Source: an uncultured Collinsella sp. (GTDB lineage Bacteria; Actinomycetota; Coriobacteriia; Coriobacteriales; Coriobacteriaceae). Taken from it: a stretch of 64,000 nucleotides of DNA. The DNA lies in the NCBI GenBank assembly GCA_900552385.1, contig URZI01000008.1, positions 13,640 to 77,639 of the forward strand. The letters are read 5' to 3'. The notes beneath the pieces were generated by a model. It saw only the letters and a list, made by a program, of their open reading frames with translations, was not told the DNA's origin and searched no databases. Positions within the stretch are counted from its first letter, which is position 1, and each line of letters starts with the position of its first letter. Below are positions 17,685 to 28,099 of the stretch, piece after piece. The position numbers and the translations under genes are program-made.

Positions 17685-20291
17685 GTGGCTGTCACGTACA
17701 AAGGTCTGACTATCAAGTTCGGCGGAGATACGACCGAGTTGCAGGGCGCGTTGAAGAGCGTGCAGAGCACGGCGAAGGATACGCAGGGCGCGTTGAAGGA
17801 CATCAATCGTGCCCTGAAATTCGACCCCGGCAACACGGATTTGCTCGTTGAGAAGGAAAAGCTTCTGAACCGAGCGTACGGCGAGACGAAAGCGAAGCTC
17901 GATGCCTACAAGGCCGCGCTTGCGACGCTCGACGAGAAGAAGCGCAGCGGTGCGACGCTCACCGAGCGCGAGGAAGCGCAGTACTCGAGCCTTAAGGCAC
18001 AAATCGCCATTTGCGAGAACCAGCTCGAGAGCTATTCCGACGATCTTAAAAGCGTCAGCCGCGAAGCCCAGGCATCGAAGAGCAGCCTTTACCAGTTCGG
18101 TCAGACAATTCAGGACAACAGCGATAAGCTGGAAAAAGCCGGCAAGGGTCTAGAGACTGCCGGAAAGACGATAACCGGTGCCGTCACCGGCACCGCCACC
18201 GCGCTTGTCGGGCTTGCCAGTAGCCAGGAAGAGCAAATCGAGCAGACGCATCAGCTGGACGCTGCCTGGAAGGATGCAGGCGGCACGTCCGAGCAGGCGC
18301 GAAGCTCCTATACCCTGTTTTATAAGCTACTTGGCGAAGAGGACACCGCGACCGAAGCCGCACAGAACCTGTCACGCTTGACCACTAACCAGCAGGAACT
18401 GGACAAGTGGAGCAACATCGCCGCAGGCTCGTTCTCCAAGTTCGGCGATGCATTGCCGCTCGAAAACCTCGTGGAAGCATCGCAGGAGACGGCGCACACC
18501 GGCACCGTCACCGGCGGTCTTGCCGATGCCCTCAACTGGGCAACGGCCAGCAACGAGCAGTGGAGCGCAGCACTCTCTGGCAACCATGCGGCACAGCAGG
18601 CTTTCAACGACCAGATTGCTCAGGGCGCTACCAAAGAGGACGCTTTCAATGCGGCGCTTGCCGCCTGCGGTGACGAGCAGGAGCGCTCCTCGCTTATCAC
18701 GCAGACGCTCGATGGCCTTTACGGCAACATTGGCGAGACATATCAAGAGACTAATAAGACGATGCTCGACACGCGCGAAGCGCAGGCCGAGCTAAACCAG
18801 AAGATGGCCGAAGCCGGCGAAGCGGCCATGCCCTTCAAGGAAAAGGCGCTCGAGCTTGGAACGACCCTGCTTGAGAAGGTAACGCCGGCGCTCGAGGGCG
18901 TTAGCGACTGGTACAAGTCCCTAACGCCAGAGCAGCAGGACATGGCAACAAACGTCGTTTTGGGGACGGTCGCGTTCGGCGGGCTTACAACGGGCATCGG
19001 CAAGACGCTCCAAAAGGGCATCGAGATCGGCCAGACGTTCAAGGACGTTGCCGGTGGCTTCGCTTCCCTCGCAGACAAGTTCGGCGAGGGCGGCGGCGCT
19101 ATAAGCACGGCTGCAACGGGCTTCGGCGGCATCGCTGAGAAAGCGGGCGGCTTGGCATCTACCCTTGGCGGCAAGCTCTCTACAGGGTGGACATCGTTCA
19201 CCGGATTGATCGCTGCAAACCCAATCTTGCTTGGCGTGGCTGCGGTTGCCGCTGCCGTCGCTGGCCTTACGTGGTTCTTCACGCAGACCGAGACTGGTAA
19301 ACAGCTCTGGTCTGACTTCACTGGCTGGATTTCAGAAAAATGGCAGGGCGTGCAGGATTTCTTCGCAGGCGTGCCGGAATTCTGGTCTGGGATTTGGGAC
19401 GGGATAACCGGAAAGGCCGAAGAGGTCAAGAACGGCCTTTCGGAAAAGTTCGAAGGCATAAGGCAAGGTGCGTCCGATGCTTGGGAGGGTTTGAAGGCCA
19501 ACGCGTCCGATGCTTGGGAGAATCTGAAATCCGGAGCATCTGAAAAATTCGGTGCTATCAGGGATTCAATCCAAACAGATATGAACACCGGCAAAATTGT
19601 CGGTTCTTCGGCTTCAAATGCCCTTAAAGCTGCCATGAACGGTGATTGGGACGCTGCGAAGTCGCAGGCCGGTATTGCCTTCCAGGCTATCCAAAGCAAC
19701 ATCCAGACGAAGATGAACAATGCGAAGGATAATGCGATAAACGCCGGAAACGCCATCGGTGAGAAGCTTGGCTTTCCGGGGCTTGGCAGCAAGGTCGCTG
19801 GCGTTTTCTCGAACATCAAGAGCAATATCACTTCGCCGATCAATGATGCCTGGAACTTTGTCAGCAGCATCCCCGGCAGGATTCAGGGGGCGTTCAGCGG
19901 GATTCGCATCAGCTTGCCGCATATCAGCTTGCCGCATTTCCACGTCAGCTGGCGTGACATCGGTGGCGTTGTGGAACTGCCGTCCATCAGCGTCAACTGG
20001 TATGCAAAGGGTGCATCCTTCGACAAGCCTTCAATCATTGGCGTTGGCGAAGCTGGACTTGAGCACGTCGCGCCCGATACAAAGCTGCGCACAAGCGTCA
20101 GAGAGAGCGTCGAGGCGGGTATTTCTCGCGTGCTCGACCGCCTAAGCGGCGGCTTCGGTGGCGGAGCCCAGGTGAACGTGACCGTCAACGCTACCGTTGC
20201 AAACAGCATGGACGCGTACACGACCGGTCAGCAGATCGGCGCTGGTATTGCCAGCAGGTTAAAGCAGAAGGGGGTGCCCGTTGGAGCTTAA
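17685..20291 (+). CDS. Tape measure protein
   Basis: YKGLTIKFGGDTTEL start, Ala-rich helices, Trp-spaced repeats, WYAKG...GVGEAG. Confidence 0.92.
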   Translation: MAVTYKGLTIKFGGDTTELQGALKSVQSTAKDTQGALKDINRALKFDPGNTDLLVEKEKLLNRAYGETKAKLDAYKAALATLDEKKRSGATLTEREEAQYSSLKAQIAICENQLESYSDDLKSVSREAQASKSSLYQFGQTIQDNSDKLEKAGKGLETAGKTITGAVTGTATALVGLASSQEEQIEQTHQLDAAWKDAGGTSEQARSSYTLFYKLLGEEDTATEAAQNLSRLTTNQQELDKWSNIAAGSFSKFGDALPLENLVEASQETAHTGTVTGGLADALNWATASNEQWSAALSGNHAAQQAFNDQIAQGATKEDAFNAALAACGDEQERSSLITQTLDGLYGNIGETYQETNKTMLDTREAQAELNQKMAEAGEAAMPFKEKALELGTTLLEKVTPALEGVSDWYKSLTPEQQDMATNVVLGTVAFGGLTTGIGKTLQKGIEIGQTFKDVAGGFASLADKFGEGGGAISTAATGFGGIAEKAGGLASTLGGKLSTGWTSFTGLIAANPILLGVAAVAAAVAGLTWFFTQTETGKQLWSDFTGWISEKWQGVQDFFAGVPEFWSGIWDGITGKAEEVKNGLSEKFEGIRQGASDAWEGLKANASDAWENLKSGASEKFGAIRDSIQTDMNTGKIVGSSASNALKAAMNGDWDAAKSQAGIAFQAIQSNIQTKMNNAKDNAINAGNAIGEKLGFPGLGSKVAGVFSNIKSNITSPINDAWNFVSSIPGRIQGAFSGIRISLPHISLPHFHVSWRDIGGVVELPSISVNWYAKGASFDKPSIIGVGEAGLEHVAPDTKLRTSVRESVEAGISRVLDRLSGGFGGGAQVNVTVNATVANSMDAYTTGQQIGAGIASRLKQKGVPVGA

Positions 20292-21015
20292 GCGTAAGCG
20301 AAACCAAAGCGACAGCATTGTCTTCAACGGGCACGACCTGTCGAAGCTCGTCTACTGTAAGGTGCGCCGCCCAATCATGGCGGACGTTTCGGCGAGCTTC
20401 GAGGATGCGCCCGGACGGCACGGCGAATACTTCAAGAACGCTCGTCGCGCCGGTTACGATTTGCAGATTGACATGTGGATTCGCACCGAGCACCGGCGCG
20501 AGGTCGCAAAGGCGCGCCATGAGCTGGCGGCGCTGCTCTGGTCTGACGAGCCAGCGCCGCTTTATCTGCCTGATGACCCTACACGTTATTTGATGGCGAT
20601 CGTTAGCGGTGCAACCGACCTTGACGAGATCACCGACGATTGCCCGCAGGCAACCGTTACGTTCCACATTGGAGACCCCGACTATTACGGTCAGCATCGC
20701 CGGATGGACGTGAGAGGCGCGGCATCGTTCGCTGTCGGCGGCACGCTGCCTGCCGCTCTTACCGTGACAGCTAAGCCCGGAGCTTGCAGCTCTTGGCGCA
20801 TCACCAACACCGATACCGCTGAGTTCGTCGAGGTTGTCCAGCCTTTGACGGCTTCGAGCGTCGTTCGCATGGACTTCGACATAGAGCATGTGACCGTTAA
20901 CGGCTCAGTCGCTCAGCTCAACATCATGAGCGACTTTTTCAGTGTTAAAGACCGTGCGCATATCAAAATCTCTAGCGGCTCCGCGACGTTGGAATGGGAG
21001 GAAAGATGGCTTTAA
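20281..21015 (+). CDS. Distal tail protein (Dit)
   Basis: IVFNGHDL...PGRHG...DDPTRY...DPDYYG. Confidence 0.85.
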   Translation: MELKRKRNQSDSIVFNGHDLSKLVYCKVRRPIMADVSASFEDAPGRHGEYFKNARRAGYDLQIDMWIRTEHRREVAKARHELAALLWSDEPAPLYLPDDPTRYLMAIVSGATDLDEITDDCPQATVTFHIGDPDYYGQHRRMDVRGAASFAVGGTLPAALTVTAKPGACSSWRITNTDTAEFVEVVQPLTASSVVRMDFDIEHVTVNGSVAQLNIMSDFFSVKDRAHIKISSGSATLEWEERWL

Positions 21016-24000
21016 CCAAGAAGGTCAACTTCACCCGTTTCAGCCGTTTCGGCGCGAATCTCGGACGGCTCACCTACACCGCAGCGACACATGAGGACGC
21101 CACGGACGGCACCGACGAGCTTAAGATCAGGTGCGACGAGGATTTAGGCAAGGGGGAGTACCTTGTTTGGGTTGACCGCCAAGGCGTTGTGCATGAGCAC
21201 ATCGTCGATAAAATCGAGCGGCTGCATGATGACAGCGGCAAGCCATATACCAGCGTAACGTGCATCAACTCCATCAACGAGACGTGGGATGACTATATCG
21301 AGGACAAGCGACCGTCCGGCAGCGTGGCTGTGGCGCTCGCTTCAATACTCGCTGGCACACGTTGGGAAGTCGGCAACTGCGACCAACCAGGCAGCGCTTC
21401 GCATACCTTCTATCACGTAAAAGTCCGCGAGGGCTTGAGCGATCTGCTCAAAACATGGGGCGGCGAGCTTGAAACCGTCATAGAGACGGACGGCGTGCGG
21501 GTCACACACCGATACGTGCGCGTGGTCGCGAAGCGCGGAAACCAGCAAAGTTCCAAGCGCTTTACGTGGACTAAAGACTTGATCAGCATCAAGCGCAAGA
21601 CCGGCAGCGCCAACCCAAAGACGAGGGTTTACGGTTATGGCAAGGGTGTTGAAACGGATGGCGGCGGCTATGGCCGACGCTTGACGTTCGGCGATATAAA
21701 CGGCGGCAAGGATTACGTTGAGGATGTGTCCGCAACCGAGGTTTGGGGACATCCCGACGGCAGCGGCGGCATCGCGCCTGCGGTGGACGTTTACATTAAC
21801 GAGCAGTGCGATGATGCGGCGCAACTTCTTGCCGAGACGAAGGACTACCTTGAGCAAGCCAAAACGCCGACCGTCTCTTATGAAGCAAGCGTGATTGACC
21901 TATTTGCTTTCGGTCGAGATTGGGAAGCCGTTGCTGTCGGAGATTGCGTGGCGATCATCGACAAGGGCTTCTCCGCTGCGGGAATCAGGCTCAAAGGGCG
22001 CGTCTCGAAGCTGACCCGCGACTTGGTGACCGGCGATGCCACGGTGGTGTTCGGCAACTTAACCGATGATCTGGCCGACATCTTTCAGTCAATGGCGCAG
22101 CAGCTCAAGAGCGGCAGCAATCAGCGGGCTAACTACGATGCGGCGGCGAGCACGTCCGTCTCGTGGCTCAACCAGCTCATGGCGGCGCTCAACAAGGCGT
22201 TCAATGCCGTCGGCACCTACAAGGTCGAGACGTTCGAGCTTGGCGTGATCTACTGTAACGTGCCGCTGGATGCCGCGACTGGCGTTCCGCTCAAGTCAAT
22301 GTCCGGCATGTGGGCGGTAAACATCAACGGCATGGGCATCCGCCTTGCCGCGTCGCTTGCAAGCGACGGACAGTGGAATTGGCGAACGTTCATCACTGGC
22401 GCTCAGGTCAGCGCCGATTGCATCAACGCCGGTACGATGCGAGCAGACCGCATTCGCGCTGGCCTGCTCACCGACGATGTTGGAAAGAACTTTTGGGATT
22501 TGACCACCGGAGATTTTAGCTTGTCTGCCGGCGCGACCGTTGGCAGCAAGCAGATCGCCACTACGGACGCCGCAATTGCGTCTGTCGATGTCGAATATGC
22601 CCAGGGGACGTCGCGCGACAAGGAGCCCGCGGGCGGATGGCAGACCGCTGCGCCGCAATGGGTCTCTGGCAAGTACATCTGGACGCGCACCAAGACCACT
22701 ATGCAGTCGGGCGACATAGAGTACAGCGAGCCCGTGTGCATCAGCGGTCGTGACGGCGTTGACGGCGCGAACGGCGTTGACGGAAAAGACGGCGAACGCG
22801 GTCCCGCAGGAAAGGACGGCGTGTCGACCTACTTCCACCGCGCCTACGCGACCAGCGCCGACGGCAGGCAGGGATTCAGTACCTCCTACGGCTCCGGCAA
22901 GACCTACCTCGGCACATACGTCGATAATGTCAAGGCCGATTCGACCGACCCGTCGAAGTACCAGTGGTCGCTCATTAAGGGTGCCGACGGCGAGGACGGC
23001 GTCCCCGGAAGGAACGGTACCGACGGCAAGACCTACTACCTGCATATCGCATACGCCACGAGCGCGGACGGCAAGCAAGGCTTCAGTGTCTCCTACGGAG
23101 CTGGCAAGACTTATATCGGCCAGTGCGTCGACCTCAACGTCAAAGACCCGACAGACCCGTCTGCCTACACCTGGTCGAAGATAAAGGGCGAGACGGGTAC
23201 CGGCGTGAAAAGCATCGTGGAGCAGTACTACCTGTCCACGAGCTCCACGGCTCAGTCCGGCGGCGGATGGTCGGAGGCGCAGCCTGCATGGAGCAAGGGA
23301 AAGTACATCTGGACGCGCACCAAGATCACGTGGACGGACGGCTCGACCACCTACACAGCACCGTGCCTAGCCAAGGCCATCAACGGCTCAAACCAGATGG
23401 CCGGCAGCGCCATCGTCTCGCGCGTGAAGCTCTACGCCAAGAATCAATCGGACAGCGTGCCGCCGATTAACATGCAGAACCCCGAGCTGGGGTGGACGGA
23501 AGACTTACCGCAATGGTCTAACGGCTACTTCATATGGGAGATGGACCGCATCACCTACGGTGACAGCTCGGTCAATCATTCCTCGCCTGTCCTCGTGGCT
23601 GCACTGAACAAAGCCAACCAGAGCGCTTACGACCTGAACAAGTCGCTCGGCGACCTCGACACCACGGTCAACGATCTCGCCACAGACGGTGTGGTAACCG
23701 CCGCCGAGGCAGCTGCCGTCAAGAAGATCCAGCAGACCATCGACAAGGAGAAGGACGAGCTGACAACGCAGTTCAACAGCCTGAAGTCCAACAAGTCGTT
23801 GACTCAATATTTTCTCGCCAACGTCCTAGCTCCATCCTACGATTCTGCTTTCGGTACAGGCGGATCATACGGCTCGCTCAACACCGCCATCTCTGACGTG
23901 CTCAAATGCACCACGAAGGAAGCGCTGGACAGCGCCATAGCTACCTACAAGTCCTGCTACAACACGCATTCGAGCAACGTCAATACATATACCGCCGCAG

Positions 24001-24710
24001 CGCGGCAGGCGCAGCACGCCATCGAGCAGCAGGATGCCAAGTCGATGGCGCAGGGCCTGCTCGACAACTACGACGATGACCTGAATCAGCTCAAGATTTT
24101 CAACCGTCTGACAAACAACGGTACCGAGCAGGGCATCTACATGCAGGATAGCAAGCTGTACGTCAATGCTAGCTACCTTGCCGCGGGCATCATCGCAGAC
24201 GTGACAAACACGAATAGCTGGAATCTAAAGACCGGCTATTTCAAGACAACACGCGGAACAATCGGCGGCTTCACAATTGACAAGCTCGACATCTCCAACA
24301 ACAGGCTGTCGCTTCGGGATGACGGTCCTCATTTCATCTATGACAGTAAAGATATTGGCTTCATTGGCAGCAACCATCTCGTCGACTATCCAAAAGTCTA
24401 CGGACTTAACTTCAATCTGAAAGAGTCCGGCGGCTACATGTCTTGGGCTGCGATGAAGAACGCAGACGATCCGTATTACGCAATGAAGCTGACGTATGCG
24501 AACAAGCCAAACATCGGTTTCACGGCATATGCACTCAACGCCGGATGTGATCTGGACATGCACGATTGGTCGATCAAATCCGCAAAGCTCGACAGCGAGT
24601 GTTGGGTGGGCGGCGGGCTCAACGCGACCGATATTATCAGGCTCAGGACGGCTGACGACAGCGGATACTACGACGTCAAAATCTGGCATGGATTCGTCTA
24701 CAGCACTTAA
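21006..24710 (+). CDS. Tal-like tail spike/host-specificity protein with collagen-like and repeated modules
   Basis: N-terminal Tal-like region (TRVYGYGKG), G-x-y repeats, duplicated AYATSADG..GFS and GKYIWTRTK modules. Confidence 0.85.
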   Translation: MALTKKVNFTRFSRFGANLGRLTYTAATHEDATDGTDELKIRCDEDLGKGEYLVWVDRQGVVHEHIVDKIERLHDDSGKPYTSVTCINSINETWDDYIEDKRPSGSVAVALASILAGTRWEVGNCDQPGSASHTFYHVKVREGLSDLLKTWGGELETVIETDGVRVTHRYVRVVAKRGNQQSSKRFTWTKDLISIKRKTGSANPKTRVYGYGKGVETDGGGYGRRLTFGDINGGKDYVEDVSATEVWGHPDGSGGIAPAVDVYINEQCDDAAQLLAETKDYLEQAKTPTVSYEASVIDLFAFGRDWEAVAVGDCVAIIDKGFSAAGIRLKGRVSKLTRDLVTGDATVVFGNLTDDLADIFQSMAQQLKSGSNQRANYDAAASTSVSWLNQLMAALNKAFNAVGTYKVETFELGVIYCNVPLDAATGVPLKSMSGMWAVNINGMGIRLAASLASDGQWNWRTFITGAQVSADCINAGTMRADRIRAGLLTDDVGKNFWDLTTGDFSLSAGATVGSKQIATTDAAIASVDVEYAQGTSRDKEPAGGWQTAAPQWVSGKYIWTRTKTTMQSGDIEYSEPVCISGRDGVDGANGVDGKDGERGPAGKDGVSTYFHRAYATSADGRQGFSTSYGSGKTYLGTYVDNVKADSTDPSKYQWSLIKGADGEDGVPGRNGTDGKTYYLHIAYATSADGKQGFSVSYGAGKTYIGQCVDLNVKDPTDPSAYTWSKIKGETGTGVKSIVEQYYLSTSSTAQSGGGWSEAQPAWSKGKYIWTRTKITWTDGSTTYTAPCLAKAINGSNQMAGSAIVSRVKLYAKNQSDSVPPINMQNPELGWTEDLPQWSNGYFIWEMDRITYGDSSVNHSSPVLVAALNKANQSAYDLNKSLGDLDTTVNDLATDGVVTAAEAAAVKKIQQTIDKEKDELTTQFNSLKSNKSLTQYFLANVLAPSYDSAFGTGGSYGSLNTAISDVLKCTTKEALDSAIATYKSCYNTHSSNVNTYTAAARQAQHAIEQQDAKSMAQGLLDNYDDDLNQLKIFNRLTNNGTEQGIYMQDSKLYVNASYLAAGIIADVTNTNSWNLKTGYFKTTRGTIGGFTIDKLDISNNRLSLRDDGPHFIYDSKDIGFIGSNHLVDYPKVYGLNFNLKESGGYMSWAAMKNADDPYYAMKLTYANKPNIGFTAYALNAGCDLDMHDWSIKSAKLDSECWVGGGLNATDIIRLRTADDSGYYDVKIWHGFVYST

Positions 24711-24719
24711 GGAGGACTT

Positions 24720-24905
24720 TTGGACGATATGAAGATGGTCATCGAGTGCGGGGAGCCAAACCCGGAGATCGTCGCCGAGCCGACAAAAACGGCGTATACG
24801 GAATCTCAGAGGCTCGAGAAAATCGACAAGAAGCTGAATGCGATCTTGAAAGCGCTTGGGGTTAACGCTGCAAGCCTGGAGGAGGAGACCGATGAAGCTA
24901 ACTAA
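24720..24905 (+). CDS. Hypothetical phage protein
   Basis: RBS aggagg; ORF in tail operon. Confidence 0.55.
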   Translation: MDDMKMVIECGEPNPEIVAEPTKTAYTESQRLEKIDKKLNAILKALGVNAASLEEETDEAN

Positions 24906-25272
24906 CGAGAAGATCGCGGCAATGTGCCGAGACCTCGAAAACGGCGTGCTGGATAACGTCGGTATCGTTGGCTACACGGCGGCGCGAAACTATCGCGCTT
25001 TGCATGACGTTGCTGAGCCCTTCTTCACCCAGCGCAACAAGCTGATCATGGAATACGGCGAAGCGCAGTACGACGATGACGGCAACATCGACGACTACGT
25101 GGTTGACCCCAAATCGGAGAAGTTCGCCGCTTTCGCCGCAAAGTACCAGGAGCTTGCCGAAATCGAGTGCGAGGTCGAGATTCTTACCCTGCCAGAGGAA
25201 AAGGCGATTGACGCCATCAGTGGCAGGCAGCTCCTAACACTCGATTGGATGTTTGATAGCGGTGATGCGTAA
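24892..25272 (+). CDS. Hypothetical phage tail-region protein
   Basis: RBS ggagg; coupled to next gene. Confidence 0.65.
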   Translation: MKLTNEKIAAMCRDLENGVLDNVGIVGYTAARNYRALHDVAEPFFTQRNKLIMEYGEAQYDDDGNIDDYVVDPKSEKFAAFAAKYQELAEIECEVEILTLPEEKAIDAISGRQLLTLDWMFDSGDA

Positions 25273-26072
25273 TGAACACTCAGAATATCGAGCTTGATAT
25301 CGACAAGCGCGGATGCGGAAACAACTGCATCCGCATCGCCCAGGGCGAAAACGGCGGCACCACCATCAAGGCGCTCATCTTCGACAACGGTGGGGAGTTC
25401 GCACTTGCTGGCTATACGGCGTACCTGGTTGCGCGACTTCCAGACCGCATTCATTACTACAAGGGAACCGCGACGGTTTCCGGCAACGCCGTCACGCACG
25501 TTTGCGAGGAAAGCAAGCTCGCGTGCGTGCCTGGCTACACAGACGAAGCCTATTTCGAATTCACAAAGGGCTCGCAGACTGTGCAGACAGAGCGCTTCGC
25601 GCTTGACATCATGCGCGACGCCCGCGAGGGGAATACTCCGGCGAAGTCATGGGACAACGCAGTCGAAGCGCTTGAGAAACGCGCCGAAACAGCCGTCACC
25701 AAGGGCGAGCAGGCCGTCACCGAAGCGGGCAAGGCGCTGAATAACGCCAACGCTGCGGTCAACATCTGCAAGAGCGCCACGGACGCGGCCAACACCGCGA
25801 CGGGCAAGGCGAACGCCGCGACAAAGAGCGCCACGGACGCCGCGGCTGCGGCGAACACAGCCAAGACGAACGCCGACACCGCGACGAGCAGGGCGAACGC
25901 AGCGACAAACGCGGCGAACACGGCCAAGGACAGCGCGGATCAGGCGGCATCTGACGCTCGCAAGGCCGCCGAGGAAGCTCGCGGCTCGATCAGCCCCGAC
26001 AAGCGCATCTATCTCGCCTACGACACCGTTGGCGATACGGAGTACATCACACTAGTCGATACGGAGGATTAA
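25272..26072 (+). CDS. BppU-like upper baseplate protein with Ala-rich coiled coil
   Basis: IRIAQGENGGTTIKA N-domain; ANTA/ANAA heptad repeats. Confidence 0.75.
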   Translation: MNTQNIELDIDKRGCGNNCIRIAQGENGGTTIKALIFDNGGEFALAGYTAYLVARLPDRIHYYKGTATVSGNAVTHVCEESKLACVPGYTDEAYFEFTKGSQTVQTERFALDIMRDAREGNTPAKSWDNAVEALEKRAETAVTKGEQAVTEAGKALNNANAAVNICKSATDAANTATGKANAATKSATDAAAAANTAKTNADTATSRANAATNAANTAKDSADQAASDARKAAEEARGSISPDKRIYLAYDTVGDTEYITLVDTED

Positions 26073-26074
26073 GC

Positions 26075-27634
26075 ATGGGCAAAACCCACATTGCAGATCA
26101 CGAGACGCTCGAGCGCGTGGCAATCGCGCTCGAATCCATGGGGGCTTCGACAGTCCCCATTTTTAATGAGGAGACAGGACGTTACACGAACGCGAGCATC
26201 GCCGCATGGCTCGCAAAGATGCGCGACGGCAAGAACTACGGCGTGAGCATCCCCAAGGGAAGTGCCACGACCTGCACTAAGACCGGGGCAAATGCTGGAA
26301 TCGCCAACCCAAAGCCCGGAATCATCGGTCGCGCCGCTATCGACCCTTACGTGAATCACGGCGCGTTTACCTTCTTCGAGGTAAACGGCGGCGTTGACGC
26401 GGATGGCACGCCTTACGTTACCGCTATCGACGGTGACGGGCGCTTCTCGCGCACGGATGATACGTGGATCATGACGCCAGTTCTCTACACTCTGGAAACT
26501 GAGACGAATGATGCCGTCAACATTACCGTATCCGATACGCGCCAGCCAGGCATGAAGCGCCAGCCGGCAGCTCTGCTCCCCAACGGTGCACAGCGTCCTT
26601 ATATGCTGTATGCAAAGTATGCGCTGTCGGTCGATGCCAACGGCAAGCCGCGCAGCGTGAGCGGAGCGCAGGTGAAGCGCTTCGTAAGCCACGATACAGG
26701 TGTATCGCTTATGAAGACGGCAACGACAGGCGATTCATTAAAGACCGCCGCCGATGACTGGTATGTCAAGGTCATGTTCCTTTTGAAGTATGCAACAAAA
26801 AACTCGCAGAGCGTGTTCGCTGGTTGCACGGGATACGACATCCAAATGAACCCGACCGTTGCGGAAAGCAACACCACGCGCGTCGTGGTCTCGAAGGCGA
26901 ATGCAGATCAGATTCTCATTGGCTCTTCGATGATTCTAGGAACGCATACGGGCACGTCGAACGACCGTGGCAACGGTTACAACTATGACGTATTCGACGC
27001 CGCAACCGTTATCAAGAAGGCCAATGTCGACGCATCGAACACCGCCATCTACTTCGATGTCGCGAAGCCGTTCACGACTGCCACCACATACCTTTTGAGC
27101 ACCGTCCCGTGGAGGGCTGGCGCTTGCGATGCTATTGAGGGTGACGGATCGCCCACGAGCTGCGCTGACTCAAAGCAGCCCTTTGTCATCCAGGGCATCG
27201 AGCTCGGTCTTGGTATGTATGAGGTTCTTGGAAACGTTCTAATCCAGTACACGGGTACTGGTGCGGTTGTTTACGTGAACCCGGATACTAAGAACGAGAA
27301 GGCTGGCAGCTCACCTGACAGTGCACTATCGGCTGGGGCTTTCCCCGGACAAGCAGCTGAGGGATGGAATTACGGTCTTTACTGCAAGACGGTCAACGGT
27401 CTGATGATTCAGCAGGGAACTGGCGCGTCAACGTCGGTTGGTATCTGCGATGGCAACTACAAAGTCGCTGACACCACCGTCGGCTGGCGAGAGTGGCTTT
27501 CCCTTGGCTACTTGTTGGACCGGGGCGGTGCTGGCCTTTGGTACGTCTACGGCTGCAACGGCACCGGCAATGCTTGGTGGAACTTCGGCTCGCGCCGCTC
27601 TGCTAATGGTCGCTCTAGGGGTGAAACGGCGTAA
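26075..27634 (+). CDS. Receptor-binding/tail fibre protein with C-terminal CLec-type variable region (DGR target)
   Basis: YAKY, LLKYATKNSQ, QGIE motifs; C-terminus WLSLGYLLDRGGAGLWYVYGCNGTGNAWWNFGSR typical of DGR variable proteins. Confidence 0.8.
   Translation: MGKTHIADHETLERVAIALESMGASTVPIFNEETGRYTNASIAAWLAKMRDGKNYGVSIPKGSATTCTKTGANAGIANPKPGIIGRAAIDPYVNHGAFTFFEVNGGVDADGTPYVTAIDGDGRFSRTDDTWIMTPVLYTLETETNDAVNITVSDTRQPGMKRQPAALLPNGAQRPYMLYAKYALSVDANGKPRSVSGAQVKRFVSHDTGVSLMKTATTGDSLKTAADDWYVKVMFLLKYATKNSQSVFAGCTGYDIQMNPTVAESNTTRVVVSKANADQILIGSSMILGTHTGTSNDRGNGYNYDVFDAATVIKKANVDASNTAIYFDVAKPFTTATTYLLSTVPWRAGACDAIEGDGSPTSCADSKQPFVIQGIELGLGMYEVLGNVLIQYTGTGAVVYVNPDTKNEKAGSSPDSALSAGAFPGQAAEGWNYGLYCKTVNGLMIQQGTGASTSVGICDGNYKVADTTVGWREWLSLGYLLDRGGAGLWYVYGCNGTGNAWWNFGSRRSANGRSRGETA
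27494..27600 (+). repeat. DGR variable region (VR)
   Basis: 27494-27514 matches 27704-27724 at 20/21 nt; the single mismatch is opposite an A of the second copy (TAC vs AAC). Confidence 0.75.
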
Positions 27635-27656
27635 GCCGCGAGGGGACTTGTCCCCT
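27627..27656 (+). promoter_or_regulatory. Two GC-rich hairpins 3' of VR (DGR target-recognition-type)
   Basis: cggc-gtaa-gccg and agggga-cttg-tcccct. Confidence 0.6.
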
Positions 27657-27703
27657 TCTGAAAACAAGCAGGGATTCGCGGCGCGTGGGCTGTCATGTTC
27701 TCT

Positions 27704-27724
27704 TGGCTTTCCCTTGGCAACTTG
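27704..27724 (+). repeat. 5' remnant of DGR template repeat (TR)
   Basis: tggctttcccttggcaacttg; VR similarity stops abruptly after 21 nt. Confidence 0.7.
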
Positions 27725-28099
27725 CGGAGCGCGGCAAGGCAGCTCCAAAGGCTGCTGCGCAAAAAGTTCGGACTTACTGTCAAGCCGTGGAAGATAAGCC
27801 GTGTCAGCAATGAAGAGCCGGTCGATGTTGTGGGATACACGGTGCGAAAGGACCGTACCACGCTTCGCGGTTCGCTTTTCCTGCGAGCGTGCAGGTCGCT
27901 TCGAAGATGCAGGCGTTCGCCAACGCTCAAACGGGCGCGAAGGGCTACCAGTTACGGCGGCTGGTTCAAGCACGCGGATTGCGCCGACGTTTGGCGCGAC
28001 AACGGATTCAACAAGGTTTTCAAAAAAGCCCGCGCACAAATAAGCGCGGCGGAAAGGGGAGCACATGAGCACTATGACGTGCAGCGCAACGCCGCTTGA
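27719..28099 (+). pseudogene. C-terminal fragment of DGR reverse transcriptase
   Basis: NLRSAARQLQRLLRKKFGLTVKPWK...VDVVGY...SYGGWFKHAD resembles the post-YxDD palm/thumb (GL..K, DFLGY, SY.G.LKH). No YxDD or N-terminal domains present. Confidence 0.75.

Noticed and set aside
27695..28099. Functional RT, retron or group II intron
   Set aside because: Only about 125 aa with no YxDD motif. The VR/TR context points to a DGR remnant.
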